Source: Dimorphilus gyrociliatus (taxonomy: Eukaryota; Animalia; Annelida). From it: a DNA stretch of 64,000 nucleotides. Where the stretch lies: the NCBI GenBank assembly GCA_904063045.1, contig CAJFCJ010000007.1, forward strand, positions 802,819 to 866,818, written 5' to 3'. Shown one piece after another: positions 45,339 through 58,021 of the stretch. Position numbers and translations under genes: made by a program. Numbering within the stretch: the stretch's first letter is position 1; each line of letters starts with the position of its first letter. The notes under the pieces were generated by a model, which saw only the letters and a list, made by a program, of their open reading frames with translations, did no database searches and was not told the origin of the DNA.

Positions 45339-46304
45339 GTTTTCTTTATTATTTCTATTATATCTTGATTAAAAAATCTGTATGAATGTTATAAAAAATA
45401 GATATCCTCTTGCACAACCATATCAAGAAAGCTATGAATTTGATATTAAAATTTCATGTAGTTTATCATATGTGATTACACAAAAATCGCATAATACTTA
45501 TAGAAAGATTATTGTTAGTACGTTTTACAACTACTGTATTAGTAATTTTTCAGCAATTTATGAAAAAAATTCATAAAACCGCTTGGTGGCATTTCAATAT
45601 GGCTACCGGTTGAAATAATCCACTCAAAATTAGCAATTTCATAAATAACATCAAGAACTTGCGCAATATACCACTTAACATTTAACAAACTGTGCATATG
45701 CTAACCTAAATAAGTACTCCTCTAATCAGTACTTAAGGAATTTGGAGAAAATTTTCTGCAGTTCGATGTAAACATAGCATAAACTACAGCGGACATTCTT
45801 CCGCCGCACTATTTTACCTGCATAATTATCTTTTTCTTGTTTGAATTTCTCTTCTTAGTGGAACATTCAGTAATTTTGTTATAAACAAATCTTCTTAGCA
45901 AGTAGAAAAAAATAACTAGTTAACTCTTTGATTTTTATAAATTTAATGTATTACTACACTATTTACGTCAGAATTTTATTACTTCTACTCGGATTAGGAT
46001 ACCACATCTTGAAAATATTTTTTGTTGAAAATGGTAAATTTTCAAAGAAATTTAAGCTATTTTCTAATAAAATCTAATATTTATATAAAAATGTCATTTA
46101 ACATATTGTAAGAGTTACCATCGTATATCAATTAATATATTTATATGGAAAGAAATCGCTATTTTTAGTCTTTTTCCATTGCGGTTTTCATGTTCCATTG
46201 TTTGATTAATTTTGCAACTTTAGCAAATGCTTTAGTAATTTGTATTATTTTAACTTTTCAGCAATAAAGAATTTACTGCCTAAGTATCAGAAAAAAATAG
46301 AGAA

Positions 46305-49300
46305 ATGGTTTGTTTTCTAATAAAACTAAATGATAAAATTTTTTAAGACCTATGTCTTTCAGACGCCAAAACCGAAATCGAACAAAGCGGAGAGTGTAAA
46401 AGTAGTTGTAAGATGTAGACCTTTAAACAGCAAAGAGGAGAGCCAAGGCCACGTCAGGTTTAGTTTCCTCTAAAATTTCAATTTCAGTGTATAAATAAAC
46501 ATTCGATATTTTTAGAATTGTGGATATGGATGTTAAAAGAGGAGTTATAGATATACGTAATATTGCTGGTGCAAAAAATGAGGCGAAAAAAACTTTTACA
46601 TTTGACTCAGTTTATGATTGGAAGTAAGCGAGGCTTATTTTCGTAAAAAATATTACCGCAGATAATGTTATTAATTATTATAACCAATGTTTTTCAGTTC
46701 AAAACAAAGAGACTTATATGATGAAACCTTCCGCGATTTAGTACAGTCTGTATTAGATGGCTTTAATGGTACAATTTTTGCCTACGGTCAAACTGGCACG
46801 GGGAAAACTTTCACAATGCAGGGTTAATATTAACTTGCCTATTTATTCTTTTAATATTACAATACATCTGTTATTACTTAATATAGGTGTTAAGAACGAT
46901 CCAGAAATGAGAGGAATTATACCAAATTCCTTTGAACATATTTTTCAGCATATTGCTATTTCTGAAAACCAACAATATTTGGTTAGAGCATCGTATCTCG
47001 AAATCTATCAGGTTATATTTAAAACACTTGAAAAGTTTCAGCTTCTAGCCTAAGATTATATTTCTTAATAGGAGGAAATCCGCGACTTATTGGCTAAAGA
47101 TCAAGGTAGACGTTTAGAGTTAAAAGAAAGACCTGATACTGGAGTTTATGTAAAGGTATGATAGCCAAGTTTAACTAATAGTATATATTAAAATTTATTA
47201 ATGCAATTTTACAGGATCTTTCGTCCATCGTTACAAAAGGTGTTAGGGAAATCGAACATATAATGAACGTAGGAGATGCCAACAGGAAAGTTGGGTAATT
47301 ACTTCTACAATTCCATATATATGTATAGTCTAATCAGTGTTGCTATCATAACTTAACATCAGGTCTACAAATATGAATGAGCATAGCTCAAGATCTCATG
47401 CTATTTTCATCATTACCATAGAATGTAGTGAGGTAAGTACCATATTCGATACTTCTAGTATTTTTTCTCGTTTTATTGAAAACAACAATTATTGCAGGAA
47501 GGAGCTGATGGGGAAAATCATATTCGAGTAGGAAAATTAAATTTAGTAGATTTGGCAGGATCCGAGAGACAAGCAAAAACGGGAGCTGAGGGAGAAAGGC
47601 TAAAAGAAGCAACTAAAATAAACTTATCACTGTCCGCTTTGGGAAACGTCATTTGCGCTCTTGTTGATGGAAAAAGTTCCCATATACCCTACAGAGATTC
47701 TAAATTGACTAGATTATTACAAGACTCTCTAGGTGGGAATGCCAAAACAGTCATGGTGGCGAACATTGGTCCTGCTAGCTATAATTATGATGAAAGTGTT
47801 ACTACACTAAGGTAATTTTCTTTTGAAATGTAAATTAAACTAAATCTAAAATAAATATTTTAATATAGATACGCGAACCGAGCTAAAAATATAAAAAATA
47901 AACCTAAGATCAACGAAGATCCGAAGGATGCTTTACTGAGAGAATTTCAAGAGGAAATTGCAAGATTAAAGAAACAGATTGAAGGTAAGGGAGGAGGAGC
48001 AGTTGTATCTGGTAAAAAAAGAAGAAGAAGGAGACGTCGGGGAGGTGATGGTGGTGCCGATGGTGAATTTGAAGATGACGACGACGAAGAAGATGAAAGT
48101 GTTGATCCAGAAAAAGCTGCAGAACTCTACAGACAAGAGCAACAACAAAAATTAGAAGAGGAAAAGCAAGCAATTATGGGTGATCAGTCCATGATAGCAG
48201 AAGTAAGTGAAATCAAAATAGACATTAAACAAAATATTCCTTATATTTAATTATCTAAAAATAGAAAAAACAAAAATTACTTGAAGAACTCAATAATCAA
48301 GAGACAAGATTGAAAAAAGAACAAGAGGCTAAACAAGCCCTTCAAATGAAATTAAAAGTTTGTATCCAGATTTGTTAAGTTTCAATCATATTCTATAGAA
48401 AATTTGATTAGGCTATGGAGAGTAAACTGCTTTGTGGAGACGTTAATATAGTCGACCATACGAAAGAACAACAACGAGCTCTTGAGCAGAAACGAAAAGA
48501 AATTGCTGATCAAAAGGTATTTTTTCACATTTAGCATTATGATTTGTATTATATCAATTTCTAAAATAGAAACAAGAAAGAGAAATGCAACAAAAACTGG
48601 AAGAAAAAGAAGAGACCGCAATTAATTTACAAGAAACTTTCTCGTCGCTGCAACAAGAAGTCGAAGTGAAAACCAAAAAATTGAAAAAAGTAATTGTATT
48701 TCAGACATTTATCAACATTAATGATTACTTAATTTTTTTATCTTAGATATTCGCTAAATTGCAATCAACTAAACAAGAAATTGTAGATCTACAAGAAGAA
48801 CATGCAAGGGAACGGCAAGAACTGGAAAGAACTCAAAACGAACTTACAAGAGATTTAAGAATGAAAATGCTCATAATCGAAAATTTTATTCCCATCGAAG
48901 AAAAACAGAAGATCATGCAACGAGCCATTTTCGATGAAGATGAAGATAGCTGGAGAGTTACACCTTTTGCCGAACCAGGATCAATGGCAAAAAGACCTGC
49001 TTCTGCTGTTGGGAATAGACGACCAATGAGCGATTACGCAAAGACGCAGGCACTAAAAACTGCTAATCCCAGATATAAGGTACAGAATTCTAAACAAAGC
49101 TCTTTAAAAAATCATTAAAATATTTTATTTCTGCTTTGCAGGGAGAAAACATATTACTTGTGGAATTAGATATGCCTACTCGCACTACTCGTGATTATGA
49201 AGGACCAACAGTTGCTCCTAGAGTTCAGGCCGCAATAGATGCTGCTTTAGCATCTGATGGCGATTTAGATATCGATAGGTATGTGGTTTGTTGTTATCAT

Positions 49301-49785
49301 TCTATCCATGTATTTTAAGTTATCTTTAATGGTGTATTATGAAAAAGAAAAGAAGCTGTATATTTTTTTTTATTTTCTTTTTAGTCACAACAGACTGATC
49401 AATACAAAGTATGATTTTATTTGATAATCCTTTAGTATATAATGCATTTCACTGTTATCTTGTCTAACTAGAAAGGAGTCTTGTTAATATTTTACTGATT
49501 ACTAAAATTAGATGCAATGATATCTTGCTGATTGATTTATAAATATCTAAAGTTTTATTCTATTCTTTGTTTATCAACAGTCCTCAACGTGGGCCAGAAG
49601 TCAGAAAGAAAGGAAACGTTTTAAAGAAGAAATCAGCGAAGTATATTTTTTTTCCTTGATTTACATTTTTTAAAGAAAGTAATTAATGTGTTTCTTATCT
49701 TTTTTTTTTACTTAGAAAATCATCGCCTTCTGTTGACAAGTCGAGCATTTTTCCAACATCTCGAGGTCTCGTTCCTAAATTTTAA
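46305..49785 (+). CDS. KIF3B: Kinesin-2 motor subunit KIF3B-like
   Basis: [84 protein letters not shown] and tail ...[12 protein letters not shown]. The first exon is ATG only. Confidence 0.92.
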
Positions 49786-50242
49786 AACTATTCATGCCTT
49801 TTTTTGCTATGCAAACATATCTTCGAACACTCAGTATTTTTTAAATTCTCTTATTGGAACGTCAAGATTTACTTATATTCTTTTATTTTTTTTGTTTCAA
49901 GTCTAAAAAAACCGTCCACACAATTTATTTTCTTTTATTGTTTTTGCAATATTTATTTTACAATTTCTGCTCGTAATGTTAGCAAAAGCTAAAATTGGTA
50001 TCATAAATAAACATTTGAATGAAATTAATGTGTTTTTTGCATTTAATAGAATAGAATTATGAATTCAAAGGCTTAGAGTATCACTTCAAATTTTTTTATT
50101 GAAATAAACCTAATAATTGCGAAATATCCAATGACTTTTTTTATAAACTGGTTAGAACAACCTTGACATTGTAGTTGTGTTACTGGTATCACGTGCAATA
50201 TTTAAACTCGTTTCTTAAAGATTAAGGATTAGCTTTGAAAGT

Positions 50243-50696
50243 ATGCCGCAAGGAAAATTAAAAACAAAAATTAAGAAACCATGTCCAACCAAGCAAAAGA
50301 GTAATTTGGTTAAAAAAAAGGAATCATTGACAAAAAGAGGAAGTGAGCATTGAAAGGCAATGTATGATTGGTTGTATTAAATATATCTGTTTCTCAATTT
50401 TAGAGCGAACTATTGCCCCCAAGAAATCTAGAGCGGTTGAAGCTAAAAAAACAGAACAGGTTCGTATATTCTAATTTGATTCATTGATTTTAGTTCCTAA
50501 GCTAATTATTAATTATTACATTTTGCGTAATATGATAAAATAAAATACCAGTTAAGATAAGAAATTTAAATTGTTACAGGCAATTTCAAAGGTAATTAAC
50601 AGCCGTCTTCACCAAGAAATCAGATCCCAAGCAGAAACGTGTGAAATAAAAACTTTGAAACAAATGAAGCAAAAAAATGAGATGGAAACGAAGTAA
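50243..50696 (+). CDS. Small basic UPF0390 / Leydig cell tumor 10 kDa (C19orf53-like) protein
   Basis: Three exons: MPQGKLKTK...KRGK / RTIAPKKSRAVEAKK / AISKVINSRLHQEIRSQA. The M-x-QG-x-K and G-R-x-IAPKK motifs are typical of the family. Confidence 0.75.
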
Positions 50697-51133
50697 GCAG
50701 AAACGTTCACAAAAAGTTTCAATAGTGACGCATCTAGCAGCCTTGTAACTTATATATTTTGTTTGTAAAAAGAAAGAATATATTATTTTACTATATTATA
50801 TTTATTATAGTATTTCGAAATTCTATTGAAACAATTACACTTAACTGTCTATAAAAAAAAAAATAGTCCGTATATATTATCTTTCAGAAAAATATTTATT
50901 AAGATCATGAACCCGATCATTCCAATTTTCCAAATTAAAGGTCAAGGTTTTAATACTCTAAGCTAATTTAAATATGAAATAAATTTATACATCTTACAAA
51001 TAGGACAAACACTATCTTATAGTGTACATGTAGTCTTGTTTTATTTATTTACTTTTTACAAATATACTTTATATTTGAATTTGTTTTGAATTGATTGTAT
51101 AATAAATATTTTTTGAAAAACTAGTAAAAAATT

Positions 51134-53202
51134 ATGGAAACAACTACCTATACTAACGAATGTCTTGTTTTTGAAACTGGTACAACTAAAGTATACGTAT
51201 ATCAATATGATATCCACTCAACTAGCGTTGCTGTAAGGGTTATTCAGATTAGGGAAACCAATACAGATATTGATTTCGATATAAAAGTTACTTTTGGTGA
51301 GGAGAATGGTACTTCTGTGTTGAGAGTAATCGGACCTTGTAATAGAGAACCTTACGGTTCTGCTGTTGCAAGTATGAAAGTATTTTATTGGTGTTTAACA
51401 AAAATATTTAACAAGGCTGAATCAATTTCTTCTACTTCTATTGCCCTTCCATTATATGATTTGAGTAATTAATTAACTTGAAATCAGTTTTCTTTATATA
51501 TACTAATAATTTAGCTATTCTGTAAAGGTTCATCGCTTAAATTAACTCCTGAAATGGAGGCGAGAGTTTATGTAGATTTTATAGGAAATAGGCAAACGCT
51601 CATTAAACAAATACATCTTATTGATACAAGAGGTTTTGAAAGTTTTCGAAACTTTGCACACTATTTACGACAAATGGTTTCTCACTCCTACTGGTATGAT
51701 GATATGAAAAATACACTATTAAAACGTTTAGAAGATGATAAATTTACATCTCGTCATACGTTATCTCGTAGATGTAGTACTTTTAGCGACAATAAGGTAC
51801 ATTTTAATGTATCTTTAGTTTAATTTATTTACATAATGTGTGTTTATTATAGAGTAATCGTACATCTAAGAATACATCTTTAGATTTAGATCCTCCGGTT
51901 ACAGATGATACAGATCGAGAACGCTATAAAACTTGCAACGGTTTACAAATATGCATAACGAAAGGAGAGATATTAGAGCAAACAACAGATGCTATAATAT
52001 ACGGTCAAACAAATCCACCATATTTTGGAAATGGTCTAGCAAAATCAGTTAAAGAAATTCTTAGCGACGATATTTTTAAAACTTATCAAAATCAACTGTC
52101 TATCCTTAAGGTCTACGACCACATTGTCACTACTTTGCCAAACGATGTTCACATAGTTCATTGGGTACTACCTTCAACAGCAATACCAGAAGCTAAAGCG
52201 TCAAAGATTGAAAATTCTTTGGGTGATATACTCCTAGGTATGGATCAACATAACGTCATTTGCGTTTCAATAAGCATCCTAGGTACATACTTATCTTGGT
52301 CATTGGAAGAAAAATATGCGCTAGCTAGATCGATTATATACGTCTTAACTTCCATTAGTCAGCTAAAGAGTCTTAAATATACAATATTGATTGATAATGA
52401 TGGACAAAATGTAGCAATACTTAAGAAAATTTGTCAATTCTGGGCGGAAAAAGGTTTACTTACAAACTGCAATAAAGTTAATCCAAGTGAACAAGATGAG
52501 AGAGAAGAAGTAAATTTGAGAGACAAAATATACGATTCAAATGAACAGATTGTGTCGCTAACGTGCGCCCAATGTTTAGCCCTAAGGGGTGACGGCTCAG
52601 AGCAAATGAAATGCGGTCATTATCTATGCAGGGAATGCTCCAAGTTGTCGCAGTATAATCCTGAGGCTAATTGCAAAGGATCCTACTCGTATCAGCAACC
52701 TCCAGGAACTATGCGCCACTATTTCAATAAAGATATAAATTGCTCAGGATACGAGAATAAAGGAACAATCATTATCGAATATATTTTCCCTGATGGTATA
52801 CAACAAAATTGCCATCCCAACCCCGGGAGAACTTTTGTTGGCTGTAAATACATTACATTCTTACCAAATAATAAAGATGGTTTATTAGCCTTAAAACTAT
52901 ATCAAAAGGCCTGGGAAATAGGAATTTTATTTAAAATTCAGTCAACTTCAAACGACGAAGTGAATTACGTAACTTGGAATATTATTAAACAGAAAACCTC
53001 CCTATACGGTGGCCCTGATAAGTAAGTTTTTAACATAAAAATATTCTAATCCTACTTTGTCTTATTTCATCCTTTTTGATGATCTTTTTTTATCACTCTC
53101 TTTCTCATTCTCTCTCTCTCTCTCTTTTGCAGTTCGGGCTATCCAGATCCATACTATTTAGAGAATATTAAACAAAAATTTGTACAGTTTGTCGATTTGT
53201 GA
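51134..53202 (+). CDS. Macro-macro-RING-Deltex C-terminal (DTX3L-like) E3 ligase, divergent
   Basis: Four exons joined in frame (introns 51465-51527, 51797-51852 and ~53022-53132). Two macro-like units (KVYVYQYDI...VIGP...TSIALP...IKQIHLID; ICITKGEILEQTTDAII...IVHWVLP), RING-like CAQC...CGHYLCREC, and DTC QPPGTM...HPNPG...FLPNNKDG...KTSLYGGPDNSGYPDPYYL. Confidence 0.85.
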
Positions 53203-53464
53203 CCAATTCTATTTTTAGATTAAATATACTCTAACATCTTAATGAATTATTTGAATATGAACTAGTTATTTTTAAATTTTTGGCGGAAATTTCTAAGCCA
53301 ATAAGAACTACTAAATTTTTGAGTGGCGCCACTTGTATGTAGCCACTGAAATTTCTGTCATTTCCATCGAAATTCTCATATATTTCATTGATTAAAATCT
53401 TAATCTGTTCAATTTTTTATACAATCTTTAATATAAGAATTTAGCTTTCAAGTTAAACTATACA

Positions 53465-55272
53465 ATGGACAGGAAAATCGAAAATGATTCCGGTATTACC
53501 GAAACGACCTCAATTTACCGTGAACTGTCTACAACAGATGATGATGGTATGATATGCCCTGAAGTGGAAAATGTTTCATCTATTAATAGAAATAGACCGT
53601 CACCCTTTTAAAAGAGAAATAAATATCACCATTATATCATCTACTTCATTTTATCTCAGAAATTAATTAAATAATTAATTCTTATTCATTTATTCTATTT
53701 TCGTTACTCAACAGACAACGCTGGCTTTTCAGCAGCTGGACGTTTAGTTTTTGCTCAAATCAATTTGCAAGCCCTTACAAACAATATCAAAATTCTTCGT
53801 AATAAATTACAAAAGCCAAATGCAGGTTTCGTAAAAAGAACATAATAATACATTTGTTATGTTTGTTTATTCCATCTTACCTTTGTAGGTATTATTGGTG
53901 TTGTTAAGGCTGGAGCATACGGACACGGATCTGTATATATATCAAAACATTTAAAATTGATTGGTAATCATTGATACTTTACTCCTGAAATCGGATGTTG
54001 AATTGCTATACTATCGTTAGGTGTTGAACGACTCGCTGTTGCAACTGTTCACGAGGGAATTTACCTCAGAAGAAATAATATCTCTGGACCAATTCATGTA
54101 TTTGGCAATCTCTATGAGTCAGAGGCGCTTCCTTGTATTGAACATAATTTGATTCCAACTGCTAACAGTCCGAATGTCATCGAGGCAATAGGTAAAGCCA
54201 GGGATGAACTGAAATCACACCCAGGAAAGTGGTTAAATTTAATCAAACAGGGTAATGATATCGAACCCGGTACAATTAATATCAAGATCGATACGGGAAT
54301 GTCTCGAAATGGTTGTTCACCGAAAGATTTTGCCACTCTATTGAAAATATGCGATGAGTCGAGAGTAAATAATTTTCAATTTACAATTTTTATGAATAGA
54401 TACAATTATATAGAAATGAATTTCGACGTAGGTAAAGATTGATGGGGTTTTCACACATTTTTCCGATTCCTACGCTAATCCTGATTCTGCTAGAAAAGAA
54501 TTGGAAGTTTTTATGAAAGTTGTTAATAAACACAAGTATCTATTAATTTAATATGAAACAATAATAAATACACTATTAATGTTCTTTCATTTCTTTCTTA
54601 GACATAGAAATTTTCATCTTCATTCTTCGAACTCAGGAGCCATATTACATGATATTGGAACTAATTTAGACTTTATTAGACCAGGTATATCCATGTACGG
54701 CCTTTCTTCAGATTCTGATTCTGACATAATAAAACCACTGGGATTTAGGTTTGATTATCAGATATTCAAAGATGTTATAATGTATTCTTTGATGTTTTAG
54801 GCCAATTCTAAGTTTACATGCCCGTCCAAATTTGGTTAAAGTTATGCAGAAGGGAAGATTTGTTGGTTATGGCGGGACCTACGAATGTGAAGAGGGCGAT
54901 GTAATAGCAACTATTTCAATTGGTTATGCAGATGGATATTGGAGGCATCTTAGCAACAACGTTGGAAAGGTGAACCTGAAGTTGTTAAATCAGCTTTGTC
55001 CAGTTGTTGGGCGGGTTTCAATGGACGCAATAACAGTAAAAATACCAAGGGATATCCTATCAGTAACAAAAAGCCATAAGTTTGACGTCACAATAATAAG
55101 TCCTGATTACGACAAAGAAACATCTGCATTGGCTATAGCTGCGAAAGTTAATTCTATATCCTATGAAGTAGCTACAAGGCTTAGTTGTCGAATACCCAGA
55201 TTGTATACAGAATCCAATTCTATAGAGAACATTGTATGGAGCGTTCAGGGCTGCGATCGGGATATTTATTAA
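53465..55272 (+). CDS. alr: PLP-dependent alanine racemase (fold type III, bacterial Alr type), 7 exons
   Basis: GVVKAGAYGHG (PLP Lys at 53906-53908), LAVATVHEG, IKIDTGMSRNG, FTHF, HSSNSG, RPGISMYG, VGYGGTY (catalytic Tyr 54868-54870), IGYADG, VVGRVSMD and ISYEV. Introns: 53547-53714, 53826-53888, 53964-54020, 54365-54431, 54536-54601 and 54749-54800. Confidence 0.95.
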
Positions 55273-56195
55273 TAACATTGTTAACTTTGTCTATTTCAGT
55301 GAATGTTTGAGAATATAGTACATAATCTGCATATATAGTATACAACAATCAATATTCTTTAAAGACCTTTAATGTTATATAAGCGAAAGCGAAAATAGTT
55401 GGGTATTCTGATAATTGATATTCGTTATGCGTTCGGTTTTGTTGTAAGAGATGATGCTTATGATCACGGCTAATTTCAAATCGGTCAACGTTTAAACAGT
55501 CATAATATTTAGACTGCTTTGCTGATAAATTATATCCCTGTAGCGGTTGTAAGATTAGCCACTGCGACTCTTGACTTAGATATAGGCATATATCTAAGGG
55601 AAAGGTATTACAGTTCTCTTCTCCTTTAGAAAGCACTTCTTTAGACTGCTTGCTGTAAATAATAATTTAATAACAACAACAAGCTATCTGGGAAAAAACA
55701 TTTGTGTTATTCTGTGAATTTAGACCAAAATGATGATGCCATTGATACTGTACCTATTAAATTTGATGATTATTACAGTAGTGAGTTAGATTGCAGTGCT
55801 ACTGCAAACATGTTTGCAATCGATGTAATTTTACCTTTCTTAATCAATTTAAATATTATACAACAATAACGGATGATTATAATCTTGTTTATCGCTTTAA
55901 ATCGATAGAGAAAAACGATCCAACATTTTGAATATATAGTTACAATATACTCACATTTTCTTGAAAGTAATATTCAAATTATATAATAATAATGTTATTA
56001 ATTGACAAATTGCGTAATAAAAAAAATAAGGTAGTTTTTTAATTTTATATTATTAATAATAACAATATTCAAACATCTATTATAAAAAAGACATTGTTTG
56101 AATAGTTTTATATTTAAATTGTGAAGAAGAATTTTGTTTGCGGTTAAAGAAATACAAAGGAGAAGGAGGGGAAAAAATGCAATATTTATACAAAA

Positions 56196-57071
56196 TTATA
56201 CAATTATGAAGGGGACGTAAACAGTAATGTGACATTCGTCATTTATCTCGGCACTAATTCTATCCATATCGCTCTTTTTAGGTAAGATATATCTTCTTTT
56301 TAACACTTTATCTCCGTTCTCTGTAAATGCTGTTATCAATAGAGTTTTATCATCGATTATTTCTATGTCAACTTTCGAAGCTTGCCAATAACTTTCAAGA
56401 TTTACTGTAATTTCTAAAGCATAATACTCTTTTTTCTTTTGTTTATTTATCTTTTTCATATAGTAATTCGTATCGTTATTAATCCATTTTTGATTGGGAA
56501 AATGATACAGTATAGGAATGGTCACTTCAAGAATTCCATTGTAATTAATATTCTTAGACATATTGATAGGATCGGCGTATTTTGGTAAATTAACTTTTTG
56601 TACTAATGTTTTCGTTAAATCGCCAATTCTTTTTACAGCTGTCACGACTACCTTGTTTAATATCCTATCTATATTTACTAATACTTCACCTTCTTCGTAT
56701 TCCCTAACATCGAAAAAAGCTTTGAACAAAACCTCTCCGGGAGATTTGCCAATTATCAATGTAGGTTTAGATGAACGTTCGTTATTATTTATTGTTACTC
56801 CTTCTGTTAATCTTGATATTTCTGAACTCCAAAGACGTCTCTGCATTTCTAACTCTTGTTGAATTTCACTAAGAAATTTCTTCTTTTTCATTACTTCGTT
56901 TATCCTAACAGAGTCTCCTTGCTAAAGTGGCCGGTGTAACGTTTCAAAGTTTTCTTTTTAAAAAACATATACACCTATAGGCCAATATTCAGGGGCATTG
57001 ATCCCTTACTACGAATGGAAAGAATAGAGTCTGTGGCTCACAAGTAGGGAAGAAGCAGTATTATATACCAT
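56196..57071 (-). CDS. Small heat-shock-like protein with two alpha-crystallin domains (p40 major-egg-antigen type)
   Basis: FKAFFDVREYEEGEVLV...VNLPKYADP...NGILEVTIP and a second unit VDIEIIDDKTLLITA...KRRYILPKKSDMDRISAEI. The main exon is 56196-56921. A putative ATG-only first exon at 57069-57071 has TATATAAAAG at 57101-57110 upstream (less certain). Confidence 0.7.
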
Positions 57072-58021
57072 GTTTACAAAATCGTTGTTGACAGCAATCA
57101 CTTTTATATAGTTATAATAAACCTAAATTGCCCTTTCCAAAAGCTTTCTGCATGTTTTCGTAGCGACATCTCTAGTCGAAATATGAAATTATTTAATAAC
57201 CATTAAAAGTAATATTTATGTCATAGTACATTATTATCATTTATTTTATATTTCAACAAGATGAAAATAAAGATACTCATTGAATAAATTGAATAGTATA
57301 CAGCGTAATTTTTCACCTAAAGGACTGTTTAAAACAAAGATGGTGACCTTTATATGATTTTTACTAGCGAATACGATTAATTTTATTTTGCTTTGTTTTT
57401 TAATGAATCATTATGATTCTCTAGTTTAACAATATAAGATTCACAGTAATAGTATATGATAATGCTGTACAGTATTTTTTTTATTTTTGGGAGAATTAAT
57501 AATCTAAATGATAATTTAATTCAGGAAAGCAATGTGAAGAAAATGTGAAAGTGCGTTGTAACTTAGGTCATATAATTCATGTCTTATCTTGAGAATTAAT
57601 TTGCATAGGATAACTTACGTAAAATGGACTCTATTGGAGGATATCTTAAACTTCTATGATCGCGGAGTAGTTGATTAAAATCAAAATGGCGCTTAGCTTT
57701 GAGAATGTATTTTATTTTAAATTCAAAACAGCTCGGAAACATTATTTTTTAATCTTTAACGAATATTTACATTATTATCAACTGTGTCTTGACTTGATAT
57801 GAAAAAAGACTTTGCAACGACTTTATTTTTCAACAATATTCTCCATTTTGAAAATCATACCTAGTTATCGTTCATAGTAATAGTTGTCGTTCTATGTAAT
57901 AACCTCCAAAAGGTCATTGACGTAAAGCGGACATTGGCATACACCAAAGTCACGCTCTTAGGATAGGTATATATATTCTAATCGTTCCAGTTTACCCGAA
58001 AATTCTGACTAGGAAACAACT

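Noticed and set aside
46114-46127. X-box upstream of KIF3B (GTTACCATCGTATA)
   Set aside because: Only one good half-site (11/14), so too weak to call.
53465-55272. Bacterial contamination or chimeric assembly as the source of alr
   Set aside because: Six spliceosomal introns with frame-consistent phases and host-like AT content.
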